Positions 7,397-17,168 of a stretch of DNA of 51,780 nt are shown here, one piece after another. Positions within the stretch are counted from its first letter, which is position 1. Every line of letters starts with the position of its first letter. The position numbers and the translations under genes are program-made. The stretch is from an uncultured Pseudomonadota bacterium (lineage in GTDB: Bacteria; Pseudomonadota; Alphaproteobacteria; RF32; CAG-239). Where the stretch lies: assembly GCA_949295475.1 (NCBI GenBank), contig CASFLC010000131.1, positions 1-51,780 on the forward strand. Reading direction: 5' to 3'. Below the pieces are notes generated by a model. It saw nothing but the letters and a program-made list of their open reading frames with translations. It made no database searches and had not been told where the DNA came from.

Positions 7397-8281
7397 TTAC
7401 AGGCCGCTCCAATAAGCTTCTTCATTAAAGCTGCCTTCAACGCATCCCGTCGCGCAATATTTGCCCGAACATTCCTCGTAACTGCACAGAGTGTTCTCCG
7501 GACAACTGTCCAGCGTGCACTCATACAGACATTTTTTGCAATTGTCATACAAAACCTTGCTGCCGCTCTGACAACTCTTCGACCCTATCTCCGCACCGTA
7601 CCGGCATTCACTGAACCCCTCGCACGGGTTTATCTCTATCTTGTACTTTGTGCCCGTGCAGCTCTCGCAACGTTCCGTCTCAATATAGCCTTCCGGGATT
7701 TCTCCGTAATCGTACCCTTCGCACAAATTGCAACAGGTCCCGTAGCTGCTGTCATATCCGCAGCGGCCGTCCAAACTCAGTTGCCACCCTTCCGAACAAC
7801 TCTTGACATAGCCCTCGCAGGCCTCTTCCACGTTTAACTCGCATCTGCTGTACTTGCCGCCGCAGCTGTTACCGCTCGTGTAATACGGCGGCTGACAATT
7901 GTCGTCATCGTACTGATAAACATCCGCACAGCGACAATTGGCATAACAGCGCAAATTCGGAAGCGGTCGTTGCAATGTTCCGCTCGCGCCGCTTTCGCAC
8001 GCAGAAACCATCCCATAATCTTCGCACCGGCGTTCGCCGTCCCCGCCGTCGGACGGGCCGGAAACATCCGGGGCGTTAATGTTGCTGTTGTAAATGTTTT
8101 GATAATCCGGAAGCCAGTATACTTTTGCCGTCCGATACGACTCCCCTTCGTTTGAAAATTCTCGGATATCCGGAGCCAGCCTCAGTGGTGTGTGTTGGTG
8201 TGTGCAATAGGCCGGATGACTATATAAACCGAACAACACTGTTGTAAATGCTGCCATGTACTTCGTGCTCATTCTGCTCAT
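7397..8281 (-). CDS. Cys-rich secreted protein with repeated CEGY/CEGF-type modules (unknown function)
   Basis: 294 aa with a hydrophobic N-terminus. 28 Cys in total, 27 of them in the last ~205 residues. Ends 46 nt upstream of the target gene on the same strand and has a good SD (agaagaagg). Confidence 0.65.
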   Translation of the reverse strand: MSRMSTKYMAAFTTVLFGLYSHPAYCTHQHTPLRLAPDIREFSNEGESYRTAKVYWLPDYQNIYNSNINAPDVSGPSDGGDGERRCEDYGMVSACESGASGTLQRPLPNLRCYANCRCADVYQYDDDNCQPPYYTSGNSCGGKYSRCELNVEEACEGYVKSCSEGWQLSLDGRCGYDSSYGTCCNLCEGYDYGEIPEGYIETERCESCTGTKYKIEINPCEGFSECRYGAEIGSKSCQSGSKVLYDNCKKCLYECTLDSCPENTLCSYEECSGKYCATGCVEGSFNEEAYWSGL

Positions 8282-8323
8282 CTTCGTCGTCCTTCTTCTG
8301 TTAGTCCGGATATCCTACCTTTT

Positions 8324-8352
8324 AATTTAACACGCCTTAAAACGTGTGTCAA
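8324..8352 (-). promoter_or_regulatory. candidate sigma-70 promoter for the Cys-rich gene / target operon
   Basis: Minus strand TTGACA (8352-8347)-N17-TAAATT (8329-8324). The spacer contains the palindrome acacg-N8-cgtgt. Confidence 0.35.
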
Positions 8353-8485
8353 TAATTAATTAACAGCGCTGGACGGAAAACTCATTTTATGCGGTTTCCC
8401 CCTCTCAGCGGCTTTAAAAACGCCCTTAAAACTTATGTTTTATCCGACTTTTCCCCTTTTTATTCCATTATCATAACATCTTATG

Positions 8486-8602
8486 CCAGGCAGCGCCTGG
8501 TGGCATAACTGGCCGCCTAAATAATCTTTAAGTAGGCGCGCGGTGGCAGCGCCACTGGCATAACCTAAGCGGCTGTTTTGAGAATTCCACTCTTCTGCAG
8601 AT
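8486..8602. repeat. conserved element, copy B (unknown function)
   Basis: Hairpin 8486-8500, block 1 8507-8542 (32/36 identical to copy A), hairpin 8543-8555 with loop agc, block 2 8565-8572 (8/8), block 3 8582-8602 (19/21). Confidence 0.6.
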
Positions 8603-8623
8603 ATGGCGTTGGTTGAGGCTGAT

Positions 8624-8663
8624 AAAAAAAATGCCGGGAAAACTTCTGCGTTTTCCCGGTTTT
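8624..8663. terminator. bidirectional intrinsic terminator after mrp
   Basis: ccgggaaaa cttctgcg ttttcccgg, flanked by an A-run (8624-8631) and a T-run (8660-8663). Confidence 0.7.
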
Positions 8664-8680
8664 GGATGTTTTATAATCTG

Positions 8681-9676
8681 CTAGGCCAGTTCGTCAATGA
8701 TTTTTGCGGCGATTTCTTTATAAGCTTTGGCAAACGGACTTTCCGGCTGCGCCCTGACTATCGGCGTGCCGCCGTCGGCGTTGGTCCGGATATCAATATG
8801 CAGCGGAATCTCTCCCAAAAACGGAACATTCAACTCCTGCGCCGTCTCCTTTGCGCCGGCATGACCGAAAATGTCCGCCCGGGTTCCGCACTTGGGACAC
8901 AGATAATAACTCATGTTTTCAATAATTCCGAGAATCGGCACCTCTACGCGTTTGAACATATTGACGCCCTTGACCGCATCTATCAGGGCGATATCCTGCG
9001 GCGTTGAAACAATTACCGCGCCGTCGATATTTACCCGCTGTGACAGCGTAATCTGAATGTCTCCGGTACCGGGCGGCATGTCTATCACCATGATATCAAT
9101 CTCCCCCCAGGAAACTTCCGTCAGAAGCTGCTCTATTGCGCCGCAAGCCTTGGCCCCGCGCCAGATTAACGGCACATTGCGGTCTATCAGCGTGCCGATT
9201 GACATGGATTTGATGTCCTGATACTCAAAAGGCTGAAACGTTTTGCCGTCATAAGAAACCGGCGCCACGCCTTCGTATCCCAGCATGGTGGGAACCGACG
9301 GGCCGTAAATATCCGCATCAAACAATGCAACCTTTTTGCCCAGTGCAGATAAGGCCATGGCCAAATTAACCGCCGTGGTCGATTTGCCGACTCCGCCTTT
9401 GCCGGACGCAACGGCAATAATTTTTTTGACGCCGGGTATTTCCCATTTGCCGGAATCAGGTTGAAGCGGCTGCGCCTGCTTGTCTGCCGTGTAAACAACG
9501 CTGACTTTTTTAACGCCGTCAACCCGGGACAGTTTTTGCGTCATTTCTTCGGCCTTAGCATCATCCTGAGCCGCGGCGTAAAGCGTGACAATGACCCGCC
9601 CTCCGAATTGTTTGACGCTTTCGACTGCCGAAGCCGGAAAATATGCGCCGACAATGTTTTGCAACTCTGTTTCCAT
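8681..9676 (-). CDS. apbC: Mrp/NBP35-family Fe-S cluster carrier ATPase (ApbC)
   Basis: 331 aa with P-loop ASGKGGVGKST, CPKC motif and an N-terminal DUF59-like region. Confidence 0.9.
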   Translation of the reverse strand: METELQNIVGAYFPASAVESVKQFGGRVIVTLYAAAQDDAKAEEMTQKLSRVDGVKKVSVVYTADKQAQPLQPDSGKWEIPGVKKIIAVASGKGGVGKSTTAVNLAMALSALGKKVALFDADIYGPSVPTMLGYEGVAPVSYDGKTFQPFEYQDIKSMSIGTLIDRNVPLIWRGAKACGAIEQLLTEVSWGEIDIMVIDMPPGTGDIQITLSQRVNIDGAVIVSTPQDIALIDAVKGVNMFKRVEVPILGIIENMSYYLCPKCGTRADIFGHAGAKETAQELNVPFLGEIPLHIDIRTNADGGTPIVRAQPESPFAKAYKEIAAKIIDELA

Positions 9677-9776
9677 CGCTGTTTGTCCTGTTGATAGATG
9701 TTTTCGATTATTGTTTTATTGGTATATCTATATTATATATTCAGGTAACGCAATAAAAAAGTTGAAAGGTGTAAAA

Positions 9777-10799
9777 ATGGCTAAAATTCCCAATCCTTGG
9801 GATGATAACGACAATAATCCCTGGAGAGACAATGACCCTTCCCCGCAAAAACCTAAAATAGTCAATTTCAGCAAAAATGAAACCCCCGGCAGTTTTGATT
9901 TTAAATGGCAATGGGGCGCGGGTATTCTGCTCTTAATCTGGCTGGCTTCCGGTTTTTATCAGGTTCAGCCGAACGAGGAAGGCGTTGTTCTGCGCTTTGG
10001 GGCTTATGCCTACAGCACCGATGCCGGACTGCACTATCACCTGCCTTATCCGATTGAAAAGGTCGAAAAAGTCAATCTGACGCAGGAACGAAGCATCAAT
10101 CTCGGCGTGCAGACGGTTGACGATGCCAACGCCTTTACGGAAAGCCACATGCTGACCGGCGATGAAAATATCGTGGACATTAACCTGACCATTGTCTGGA
10201 GAATCGAAAACGCCAAAGATTATCTGTTTAACCTGCAAAGCCCTGATGAAACCGTGCGGGTGGCCGCACAATCCGTTTTGCGCGAAATCGTCGGCCAGTC
10301 AAAGATGATGCCGATTATTTCGGGCGACCGCGGCAAAGTTGAAGACGAAACCAAAGAAGAACTGCAAAAGGTTTTGAACGAGTTTGGTTCCGGCATCAAA
10401 ATCGTGCGCGTTAAGCTGCAAAAAGCCGACCCGCCGCGGCAGGTGGTCGATGCCTTCAACGAAGTGCAACGCGCCAAAGCCGATATGGAACGTTTTAAAA
10501 ACGAGGCCGAAGCCTATCGCAACGAAATTCTGCCCAAAGCCAAAGGCGAAGCGGCTCAGCGTCTGCAAAACGCCGAAGCTTATAAAAGCGCCGTCGTTAA
10601 TACCGCCCAAGGCGAAGCCGAGCGTTTTCTGTCGGTTTACAACGCTTATAAAAGCGGCAAAGACGTGACCATTAAGCGCCTGTACTTGGAAACCATGGAA
10701 AACGTGCTGGCCAATTCAAACAAGGTCATTCTTGATCCGTCAGCAAAAGGTTCCAACGTGGTGCCCTATCTGCCGCTGGATAAACTGCAGAACAAATAA
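9777..10799 (+). CDS. hflK: FtsH protease modulator HflK
   Basis: ORF 9585..10799 trimmed to ATG 9777 (MAKIPNPWDD...). SPFH/band-7 domain. Immediately followed by hflC. Confidence 0.9.
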   Translation: MAKIPNPWDDNDNNPWRDNDPSPQKPKIVNFSKNETPGSFDFKWQWGAGILLLIWLASGFYQVQPNEEGVVLRFGAYAYSTDAGLHYHLPYPIEKVEKVNLTQERSINLGVQTVDDANAFTESHMLTGDENIVDINLTIVWRIENAKDYLFNLQSPDETVRVAAQSVLREIVGQSKMMPIISGDRGKVEDETKEELQKVLNEFGSGIKIVRVKLQKADPPRQVVDAFNEVQRAKADMERFKNEAEAYRNEILPKAKGEAAQRLQNAEAYKSAVVNTAQGEAERFLSVYNAYKSGKDVTIKRLYLETMENVLANSNKVILDPSAKGSNVVPYLPLDKLQNK

Positions 10800-10810
10800 G
10801 GAGAATAAAG

Positions 10811-11689
10811 ATGAGCGATAAATTGAAACTGATTATCGGCGCAGCGGTCGTCGTTATTCTCTTTGTGGCGGCAAACGCCTTTTATGTCGTGGCGCAAACC
10901 GAACAGGCCATTGTTCTGCAGTTCGGCGAACCGATGCGGGTGGTTAAAGATCCCGGCTTGCGGCTGAAGGTTCCGTTTATTCAAAACGTCGTCTTTTATG
11001 ACACGCGGCTGCTGAATCTTGATCCGCCGGCTCAGGAAGTCGTGTTGAACGACAAAAAACGTCTGGACGTCGACAGCTTTACCCGTTATCGGATTGTTGA
11101 TCCACTGCGTTTTTACAAAACCGTCCGCACCGAATTTCAGGCTCGCGGCAAGCTGGAAGAAATCGTCAATTCTTCTGTGCGCAAAATATTAGGGCGCAGC
11201 ACGCTGCAGGAGCTTCTCTCCGGCCAGCGCACAAAAATTATGTCTGATATCAGCCAAGCCGTTAAAGTCGATGCGGAACAAATCGGCGTCAGCGTTGCAG
11301 ATGTCCGCATCCGCCGGGCCGATCTTCCGGTTGAGGTGCTGCAGGCGATTAACGCCCGGATGAAGACCGAACGCGACCGCGAAGCCAAAGAATTTCGCGC
11401 AACCGGACAGCAGGAGGCACAGCAAATTCGCGCACAGGCAGAAAAAGAGCGGACAATAATTATTGCGGAAGCTGAAAAACAGGCTCAGATTATTCGCGGT
11501 GAAGGCGACCGGGAGGCCATTGCCATCTGGAATGCAGCCGCGGGAACGGATCCGCAGTTTTATGCCTTTTATCGTTCGCTGGAAGCCTACAACAAAGCCC
11601 TGGGCAACAAAGAAACAACATCTATGGTTCTTTCGCCCGACGCCGAGTTTTTTGACTTCTTCGGCAAATCTTTAAAATCCGGAAGATGA
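10811..11689 (+). CDS. hflC: FtsH protease modulator HflC
   Basis: 292 aa with an N-terminal TM segment and an SPFH domain, paired with hflK. Confidence 0.9.
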   Translation: MSDKLKLIIGAAVVVILFVAANAFYVVAQTEQAIVLQFGEPMRVVKDPGLRLKVPFIQNVVFYDTRLLNLDPPAQEVVLNDKKRLDVDSFTRYRIVDPLRFYKTVRTEFQARGKLEEIVNSSVRKILGRSTLQELLSGQRTKIMSDISQAVKVDAEQIGVSVADVRIRRADLPVEVLQAINARMKTERDREAKEFRATGQQEAQQIRAQAEKERTIIIAEAEKQAQIIRGEGDREAIAIWNAAAGTDPQFYAFYRSLEAYNKALGNKETTSMVLSPDAEFFDFFGKSLKSGR

Positions 11690-13110
11690 TGGTTCGGCGA
11701 CATCTGACATATTGGACGGCATGTCTGGCGTTTGGCTGTGTCGGAGCCGCACAGGCGCAAATGCCGTCTTTTGCCGATTTGGTCGAGCAGGTGCAGCCGG
11801 CCGTGGTAAATATCTCGACTTCACGCCCCTATTCTCCGGAAGAAACCGGAGAAAGCATGCCGGGAATCGTCAGTGCGGACCCAAGAATTGAAAACTTTTT
11901 TAATCCGCGGCAGCCGCAGCAGGAATCTCTGGGCTCCGGTTTTGTTATTGATCCGGCCGGCTATATCATTACCAACAGCCATGTTATTGAAGGCGCCGAG
12001 GCCATTCAGGTTACCACGGCGGACAACCGCCAACTGGAGGCCAAACTGGTCGGCCGGGACAATAAGACCGATATTGCCCTGATAAAGGTGGAAACCGCCG
12101 ACAAGCTTGCGTTTGCAAAAATCGGAGACTCTGACAAAATCCGCGTCGGCGACTGGATTTTGGCCATCGGCAACCCTTTCGGGCTGGGCAACAGCGTTTC
12201 GGCCGGCATTGTTTCGGCAAAATCCCGGGATATCGAATCCGGCCCTTACGATAACTTTATACAAACTGATGCGTCCATTAACCAAGGGAGTTCCGGCGGC
12301 CCGATGTTTAACATGAACGGTGAAGTTATCGGCATTAACACGGCTATTTTTTCCACCAGCGGCGGCAGTATGGGCATCGGATTTGCCATTCCGGTTAACC
12401 TGACGCGTTTTGTCGTCACCGAACTGAAAGCCAAGGGTAAAGTCGAACGCGGTTGGATTGGCGTCAGCATTCAGCCCAACAGCGAGGATATATCCGCCAG
12501 CGTCGGTCAACCTCAAAAACAGGGCGTGGTGGTTTCCGCCGTTTCGGAAGGTTCTACAGCGGCGAAAGTCGGTGTCGAAGCCGGGGACATTATTACCGCC
12601 GTTGACGGACATCCGGCCGGAGATCCGCGGAGTTTTTCCAGAATGATTGCGGAAACGGCGCCCGGCAAATCGGTCAGTCTGGAAATTTGGCGTAACAAAC
12701 AATTTTTGCATAAAAACGTTTTTGTCGCTTTAATGCCCGAAGAGGAAAAGGAAGCGCCTATCCAACCACAGCGTCCGGCTGCCGAAGTTCCCGTCGATGA
12801 CGGCTATATTGCCCCGCTGCATATTACTTTGTCAAATTTGACGCCGGAAATTTTGAATAAATATCATTTTGATAACTCTCAGAGCGGCGTGGTTATTGTC
12901 AAAGTCGACTCCGGCAGCGATGCCGAGGCAAAAGGCCTGCGGGAAGGAAATCTGATTACGGAGATTGACAAGGCCCCGGTTTTTGATATTAATGATGTCC
13001 GCACGATGGCCGATGATGCCCGTTTGGACAATCAGCGGCCGCTCCTGCTGCAGATTTATGAGAATAACATTCCGCATTATGCGGCCATTAAACTGGATGT
13101 CAATGAGTAG
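11686..13110 (+). CDS. degP: periplasmic serine endoprotease DegP/DegQ (HtrA family)
   Basis: 474 aa with a signal peptide, catalytic contexts TNSHVIEGA / DIALIKV / NQGSSGGPMF, and two PDZ-like regions. ATGA overlap with hflC. Confidence 0.92.
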   Translation: MMVRRHLTYWTACLAFGCVGAAQAQMPSFADLVEQVQPAVVNISTSRPYSPEETGESMPGIVSADPRIENFFNPRQPQQESLGSGFVIDPAGYIITNSHVIEGAEAIQVTTADNRQLEAKLVGRDNKTDIALIKVETADKLAFAKIGDSDKIRVGDWILAIGNPFGLGNSVSAGIVSAKSRDIESGPYDNFIQTDASINQGSSGGPMFNMNGEVIGINTAIFSTSGGSMGIGFAIPVNLTRFVVTELKAKGKVERGWIGVSIQPNSEDISASVGQPQKQGVVVSAVSEGSTAAKVGVEAGDIITAVDGHPAGDPRSFSRMIAETAPGKSVSLEIWRNKQFLHKNVFVALMPEEEKEAPIQPQRPAAEVPVDDGYIAPLHITLSNLTPEILNKYHFDNSQSGVVIVKVDSGSDAEAKGLREGNLITEIDKAPVFDINDVRTMADDARLDNQRPLLLQIYENNIPHYAAIKLDVNE

Positions 13111-13561
13111 AGTGGATTTTTATCATTTGCAGACGCAGCCGTTGGATGTCGTTTTGCCGAAACTACTGGAAAAAGCCTACGAAACGGGAAAAAGCACCGT
13201 TGTCCGAATCGGAACGGAAGAACGGGTGGATTTTATCAACTCTCTGTTGTGGACGTATAACGATCAGTCGTTTTTGCCGCATGGCGCAAAAAAAGACGGC
13301 AATGCCGAATTGCAGCCGATTTGGCTGACCAGCGGAACGGACAACCCCAATCTGGCAAGTCTGCTGTTTTTGGTTGACGGCGCCTCGGCCGCTCCCGAGG
13401 AACTTGCCGATTATATGCGTATTTTTAATATTTTTGACGGCAATTCTCCGGAAGCCGTGCAACAAGCCAGGAATTTTTGGAAAAGCGTCAAAGCTTCCGG
13501 AAACGATTGTTTCTATTGGCAACAGGATACCTCCGGCAAATGGAAGCAGGCCGGAGCTTAA
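13103..13561 (+). CDS. holC: DNA polymerase III chi subunit
   Basis: ORF 12965..13561 trimmed to ATG 13103 (MSRVDFYHLQTQPLDVVLPKLLEKAY...). Chi-like length and N-terminus. 8-nt overlap with the degP stop. Confidence 0.8.
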   Translation: MSRVDFYHLQTQPLDVVLPKLLEKAYETGKSTVVRIGTEERVDFINSLLWTYNDQSFLPHGAKKDGNAELQPIWLTSGTDNPNLASLLFLVDGASAAPEELADYMRIFNIFDGNSPEAVQQARNFWKSVKASGNDCFYWQQDTSGKWKQAGA

Positions 13562-13744
13562 GTTGTTTTCCGCGCATGCGGCCTCCCATACCGGAATCAG
13601 AGCAAGCCTTACAGAATTAACTGAGGCAGCCTTCAGATAATTTTATTTTTTCATGAATCGGGGCTTCAAAAAATAAAAAAAAGCCGGAAATTTTCCAGAT
13701 GTTTTTGTTTGAATTTGCCGCACCGTTATCTAGCGACCTCTCTG

Positions 13745-13776
13745 TTGACAGGTGCCGCTGTGAATTCCTATATTAT
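13745..13776 (+). promoter_or_regulatory. candidate clpB promoter
   Basis: TTGACA (13745-13750), about 18 nt of spacer, then CCTATATTAT, roughly 25 nt upstream of the clpB ATG. It could be sigma-70-type or an alphaproteobacterial sigma-32-like CTTG...CYTATNT promoter; the spacing is not exact for the latter. Confidence 0.3.
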
Positions 13777-13799
13777 AGGATAAGAAAGAGAGGTTTATT

Positions 13800-16403
13800 A
13801 TGGATTTTGAAAAACTGACGGCAAAATCAAAAGAAATTTTGCAGGATGTGGTTAATCTGGCCGCGTCAAACCGCAATCAATACATTACTCCCCTGCATTT
13901 GCTGAAAGTGCTTTTGGATAATAATGACGAGGTAATCGCCAACCTGATTTTGAAATCCGGCGGCAGCATTACACAAATCCGCGACAAGCTGGAAAAAGCG
14001 TTTGCTAAAATTCCCCAAGTGGAAGGCAGCAGCATTCAGAGCCTGATGTCGCAGGAATTTACCATGGTGATGATGGAGGCGGAAAAGCTGGCAGACAAAA
14101 GCGGCGACAAATTCGTAACGGCGGAACGTCTGCTGCAGGCGCTTTCGGTCACTTCCGGCAATGAGGCTTACGATATTTTGAAAGCCGGCGGCGTCGATGC
14201 CGTCAAACTGAATCAGGTGATTAACGAATATCGCAAAGGGCGGATTGCCGACAGCGAAACTTCGGAAGACAATTTTGAAGCCCTGAAGAAATTTACCATC
14301 GACATTACCCAAAAAGCCAAAGAAGGAAAACTTGATCCGGTTATCGGACGAGAGCACGAAATCCGCCGGGCAATTCAGGTCTTGTCCCGCCGAACGAAAA
14401 ACAATCCGGTGCTTATCGGCGAGCCCGGCGTCGGCAAAACCGCAATTGTCGAAGGGCTGGCCATGCGAATCGTTAACAACGACGTTCCGGAAAGCCTGAA
14501 ACACAAACGTCTGTTGTCTTTGGATTTGGGTGCCCTGATTGCCGGTGCAAAATTCCGCGGCGAGTTTGAGGAACGCCTGAAATCCGTGTTGAAAGAGGTT
14601 GAGGCCTCGGACGGCAACATCATTTTGTTTATTGACGAGATGCATACGCTGGTTGGCGCCGGCGCCTCCGAGGGTTCCATGGACGCCTCCAACCTGCTCA
14701 AGCCGGCTTTGGCGCGCGGCGAACTTCATTGTTTGGGCGCTACGACTTTGAACGAATACAAAAAATATGTGGAAAAAGATGCTGCTCTGGCACGTCGTTT
14801 TCAGGCCGTTTACGTCGGCGAGCCGACGGTTGAAGAAACTATTTCCATTCTCCGCGGCATTAAGGAAAAATTTGAGTTGCATCACGGCGTCAAAATTTCG
14901 GACGGCGCGCTGATTGCCGCCGCTACTTTGTCCAACCGCTATATCAGCGACCGTTTTTTGCCGGACAAGGCCATCGATTTGATGGATGAAGCGGCCAGTT
15001 CGCTGCGGATGGCGATTGATTCCAAACCTGAGGAACTGGATGAGCTTGACCGCCGGATTTTGCAGCTGAAAATCGAGCGTGAGGCTCTGAAAAAAGAAAC
15101 TGACGAAAAATCGAAAGAGCGTCTGGAGCTTATCGGCTATGAAATTTCCGGTCTGGAGGCTAAGGCCAAAACGCTGGAAGAAAAATGGCATGAGGAAAAA
15201 CAGGGACTGGCGGATTTTACCGGCTTAAAAGACAAACTGGACAAGGCCCGGATAGAAGTGGAAATCGCCAAACGCGAAGGCCGTTTTGAACGCGCGGGTG
15301 AATTGCAGTACAGCATTATCCCCGATTTGGAAAACAAAATCAAAACCGCCGAAGCCGAAGCCGAACAGCATAAAAGCGGTTTTTCGGAAACGGTTACCGA
15401 AGAGAACATTGCTTCCGTGGTATCCAAATGGACGGGCATTCCGGTTGATAAAATGCTGCAGGGCGAAAAAGAAAAACTGATTCATATGGAAGACTTTTTG
15501 AGTAAACGCGTCGTCGGCCAAAAAGAAGCCATTGCCGCGGTTTCCAATGCGGTCAGACGTTCGCGCGCCGGAATCAGCGACGCCCGTCAGCCGATAGGTT
15601 CTTTCCTGTTTCTGGGGCCGACCGGCGTGGGCAAGACCGAATTGAGCAAGGCTCTGGCCGAGTTTTTGTTCAACGATGAAAGCGCCATGCTGCGTATTGA
15701 TATGTCGGAATATATGGAAAAGCATGCGGTTGCCCGTTTAATCGGTTCGCCTCCGGGATATGTCGGTTATGATGAAGGCGGTTATTTGACCGAAGCCGTG
15801 CGCCGCCGTCCTTATCAGGTCATTTTGTTTGACGAAGTCGAAAAAGCACATCCCGATGTTTTCAACATCCTGCTGCAGGTTTTGGACGACGGCCGTCTGA
15901 CTGACGGCAAAGGCCGCACGGTCGATTTCAAGAACACGATTATCATTATGACATCCAACTTAGGATCAGACATCTTGTCCAATGCGACCGGCGCCGACAA
16001 TCCCAAAGAGGTCCGCGCCCGGGTAATGGATATTGTCAAAAACTCGTTTCGTCCGGAATTTATAAACCGAATCGACGAGATTACGATTTTCCACAAGCTG
16101 GACAAGACCAATATTAAAGACATTGCCAAAATCCAAGTTGAAAATATTGAAAAACGCCTGGCCGACCAAAATATCCACATCCATGTTAATGACGCAGCCT
16201 TTATCTGGATTGTCAATAACGGATACGATGCTATTTATGGGGCAAGACCTTTAAAAAGATTGCTAAAGACTCAAATTGAGAATAAATTAGCTCTCAAGAT
16301 TCTGGAAGGAGAAATCGGTGACGGCGACACGGCAGACGTTATCGTTGTCGACGGCGCTTTGGATATTGTAAAAAGTAAGAGAAACAAAAAAAGCGATGCG
16401 TAG
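13800..16403 (+). CDS. clpB: ATP-dependent chaperone ClpB
   Basis: 867 aa with two AAA+ modules ([16 protein letters not shown]), a middle coiled-coil and an N-terminal Clp_N repeat. Confidence 0.97.
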   Translation: MDFEKLTAKSKEILQDVVNLAASNRNQYITPLHLLKVLLDNNDEVIANLILKSGGSITQIRDKLEKAFAKIPQVEGSSIQSLMSQEFTMVMMEAEKLADKSGDKFVTAERLLQALSVTSGNEAYDILKAGGVDAVKLNQVINEYRKGRIADSETSEDNFEALKKFTIDITQKAKEGKLDPVIGREHEIRRAIQVLSRRTKNNPVLIGEPGVGKTAIVEGLAMRIVNNDVPESLKHKRLLSLDLGALIAGAKFRGEFEERLKSVLKEVEASDGNIILFIDEMHTLVGAGASEGSMDASNLLKPALARGELHCLGATTLNEYKKYVEKDAALARRFQAVYVGEPTVEETISILRGIKEKFELHHGVKISDGALIAAATLSNRYISDRFLPDKAIDLMDEAASSLRMAIDSKPEELDELDRRILQLKIEREALKKETDEKSKERLELIGYEISGLEAKAKTLEEKWHEEKQGLADFTGLKDKLDKARIEVEIAKREGRFERAGELQYSIIPDLENKIKTAEAEAEQHKSGFSETVTEENIASVVSKWTGIPVDKMLQGEKEKLIHMEDFLSKRVVGQKEAIAAVSNAVRRSRAGISDARQPIGSFLFLGPTGVGKTELSKALAEFLFNDESAMLRIDMSEYMEKHAVARLIGSPPGYVGYDEGGYLTEAVRRRPYQVILFDEVEKAHPDVFNILLQVLDDGRLTDGKGRTVDFKNTIIIMTSNLGSDILSNATGADNPKEVRARVMDIVKNSFRPEFINRIDEITIFHKLDKTNIKDIAKIQVENIEKRLADQNIHIHVNDAAFIWIVNNGYDAIYGARPLKRLLKTQIENKLALKILEGEIGDGDTADVIVVDGALDIVKSKRNKKSDA

Positions 16404-16827
16404 TTTATTTTCGGAAGGGCTGAAAGTAGCCAAGACTTTTGATGTGTCAACGCCGGCGGACAGTTTGGTGGTGTACAGCATTACCAATCAACCGACCAAA
16501 GAGAATCGCGATTTGGCCTTCGCCTATGTGGCGGAAAACCCCGGCAAAATGATGATTGACCATACTCCCTGCGGCGCCAAGCTGGTTGAAATGGGTTTTA
16601 ACAGCGCTGACAGCGGCCTGTCTGCCGATGACGTGGTGCTGATTTGGAAAGAGGCCAGCAAGCGGATGATTGAGCAGGCCAAAGGCAATGTAACCGCCTT
16701 TGTCAAAAACGCCGATAAAGAGAGCGTGTTCTTAAGCCTTGAGTTGCCGTGCATTTTGAACAATCCGAAAATTCTGACGATTAACGGAGAAGAAAAACAC
16801 CGCTTTGCGAAACAATTTGAGATGTAA
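16396..16827 (+). CDS. hypothetical protein (143 aa), start overlaps clpB stop by 8 nt
   Basis: Open frame with an ATG inside the clpB 3' end, followed by a strong terminator. I recognise no family. Confidence 0.5.
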   Translation: MRSLFSEGLKVAKTFDVSTPADSLVVYSITNQPTKENRDLAFAYVAENPGKMMIDHTPCGAKLVEMGFNSADSGLSADDVVLIWKEASKRMIEQAKGNVTAFVKNADKESVFLSLELPCILNNPKILTINGEEKHRFAKQFEM

Positions 16828-16834
16828 ACCCAAT

Positions 16835-16860
16835 AAAACCCGTTCAATTGAACGGGTTTT
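16835..16860. terminator. bidirectional intrinsic terminator
   Basis: aaaacccgttc aatt gaacgggtttt, between the convergent 143-aa ORF and the XRE gene. Confidence 0.75.
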
Positions 16861-16869
16861 ATTTTGCCC

Positions 16870-17109
16870 TTACCGGTCCTCCAAAAAGATGACGACTCTT
16901 TTATCGTAAAATTTTGCCAAGATATAAAGGTGTTCCAGTTTTAGTTCGCGATTACCGATTTCTATCGCGTCTATCCACCAGCTGGGTATACCGGTTTTGA
17001 CGTGGACTTCTTCTATGCTCAGCCGGTTGGATATCCTCAAATCATGCAGCTGTTGCGACAAGCTGCGCTGACAGCGTTTTTGGTCTTTCATTGCTTTTTG
17101 GCATAACAT
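16870..17109 (-). CDS. small XRE-family helix-turn-helix regulator
   Basis: 79 aa with an HTH-like segment (LSIEEVHVKTGIPSWWIDAIEIG). SD aaaggag lies 8 nt upstream of the ATG. Confidence 0.55.
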   Translation of the reverse strand: MLCQKAMKDQKRCQRSLSQQLHDLRISNRLSIEEVHVKTGIPSWWIDAIEIGNRELKLEHLYILAKFYDKRVVIFLEDR

Positions 17110-17133
17110 GTTTGTAACTCCTTTGTTTGTTGA

Positions 17134-17168
17134 TAAAACAAAACCGCCTCGTTACAACAACGAAGCGG
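17134..17168 (-). terminator. intrinsic terminator upstream of the XRE ORF
   Basis: Minus strand ccgcttcgtt gttgt aacgaggcgg, then ttttgtttta. The 10-bp stem contains one U.G pair that would be a C.A mismatch on the plus strand. Confidence 0.6.

Noticed and set aside
7397-8281. Possible second VR in the Cys-rich gene
   Set aside because: Reading the gene, I found no segment matching the TR anchors (ctcggacgaagacca / gcgaggacacaacgaacgcgg on the plus strand). A computed search is still needed for certainty.
9585-9776. 64-codon upstream extension of hflK in the ORF track
   Set aside because: The extension overlaps the divergent mrp 5' end and promoter region. The ATG at 9777 has an SD and yields a typical HflK N-terminus. 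The same reasoning was applied to holC (12965-13102) and accB (42441-42512).
13866-15191. 441-aa ORF antisense to clpB
   Set aside because: The opposite strand encodes an unmistakable ClpB. The antisense frame is low-complexity with no recognisable motifs.
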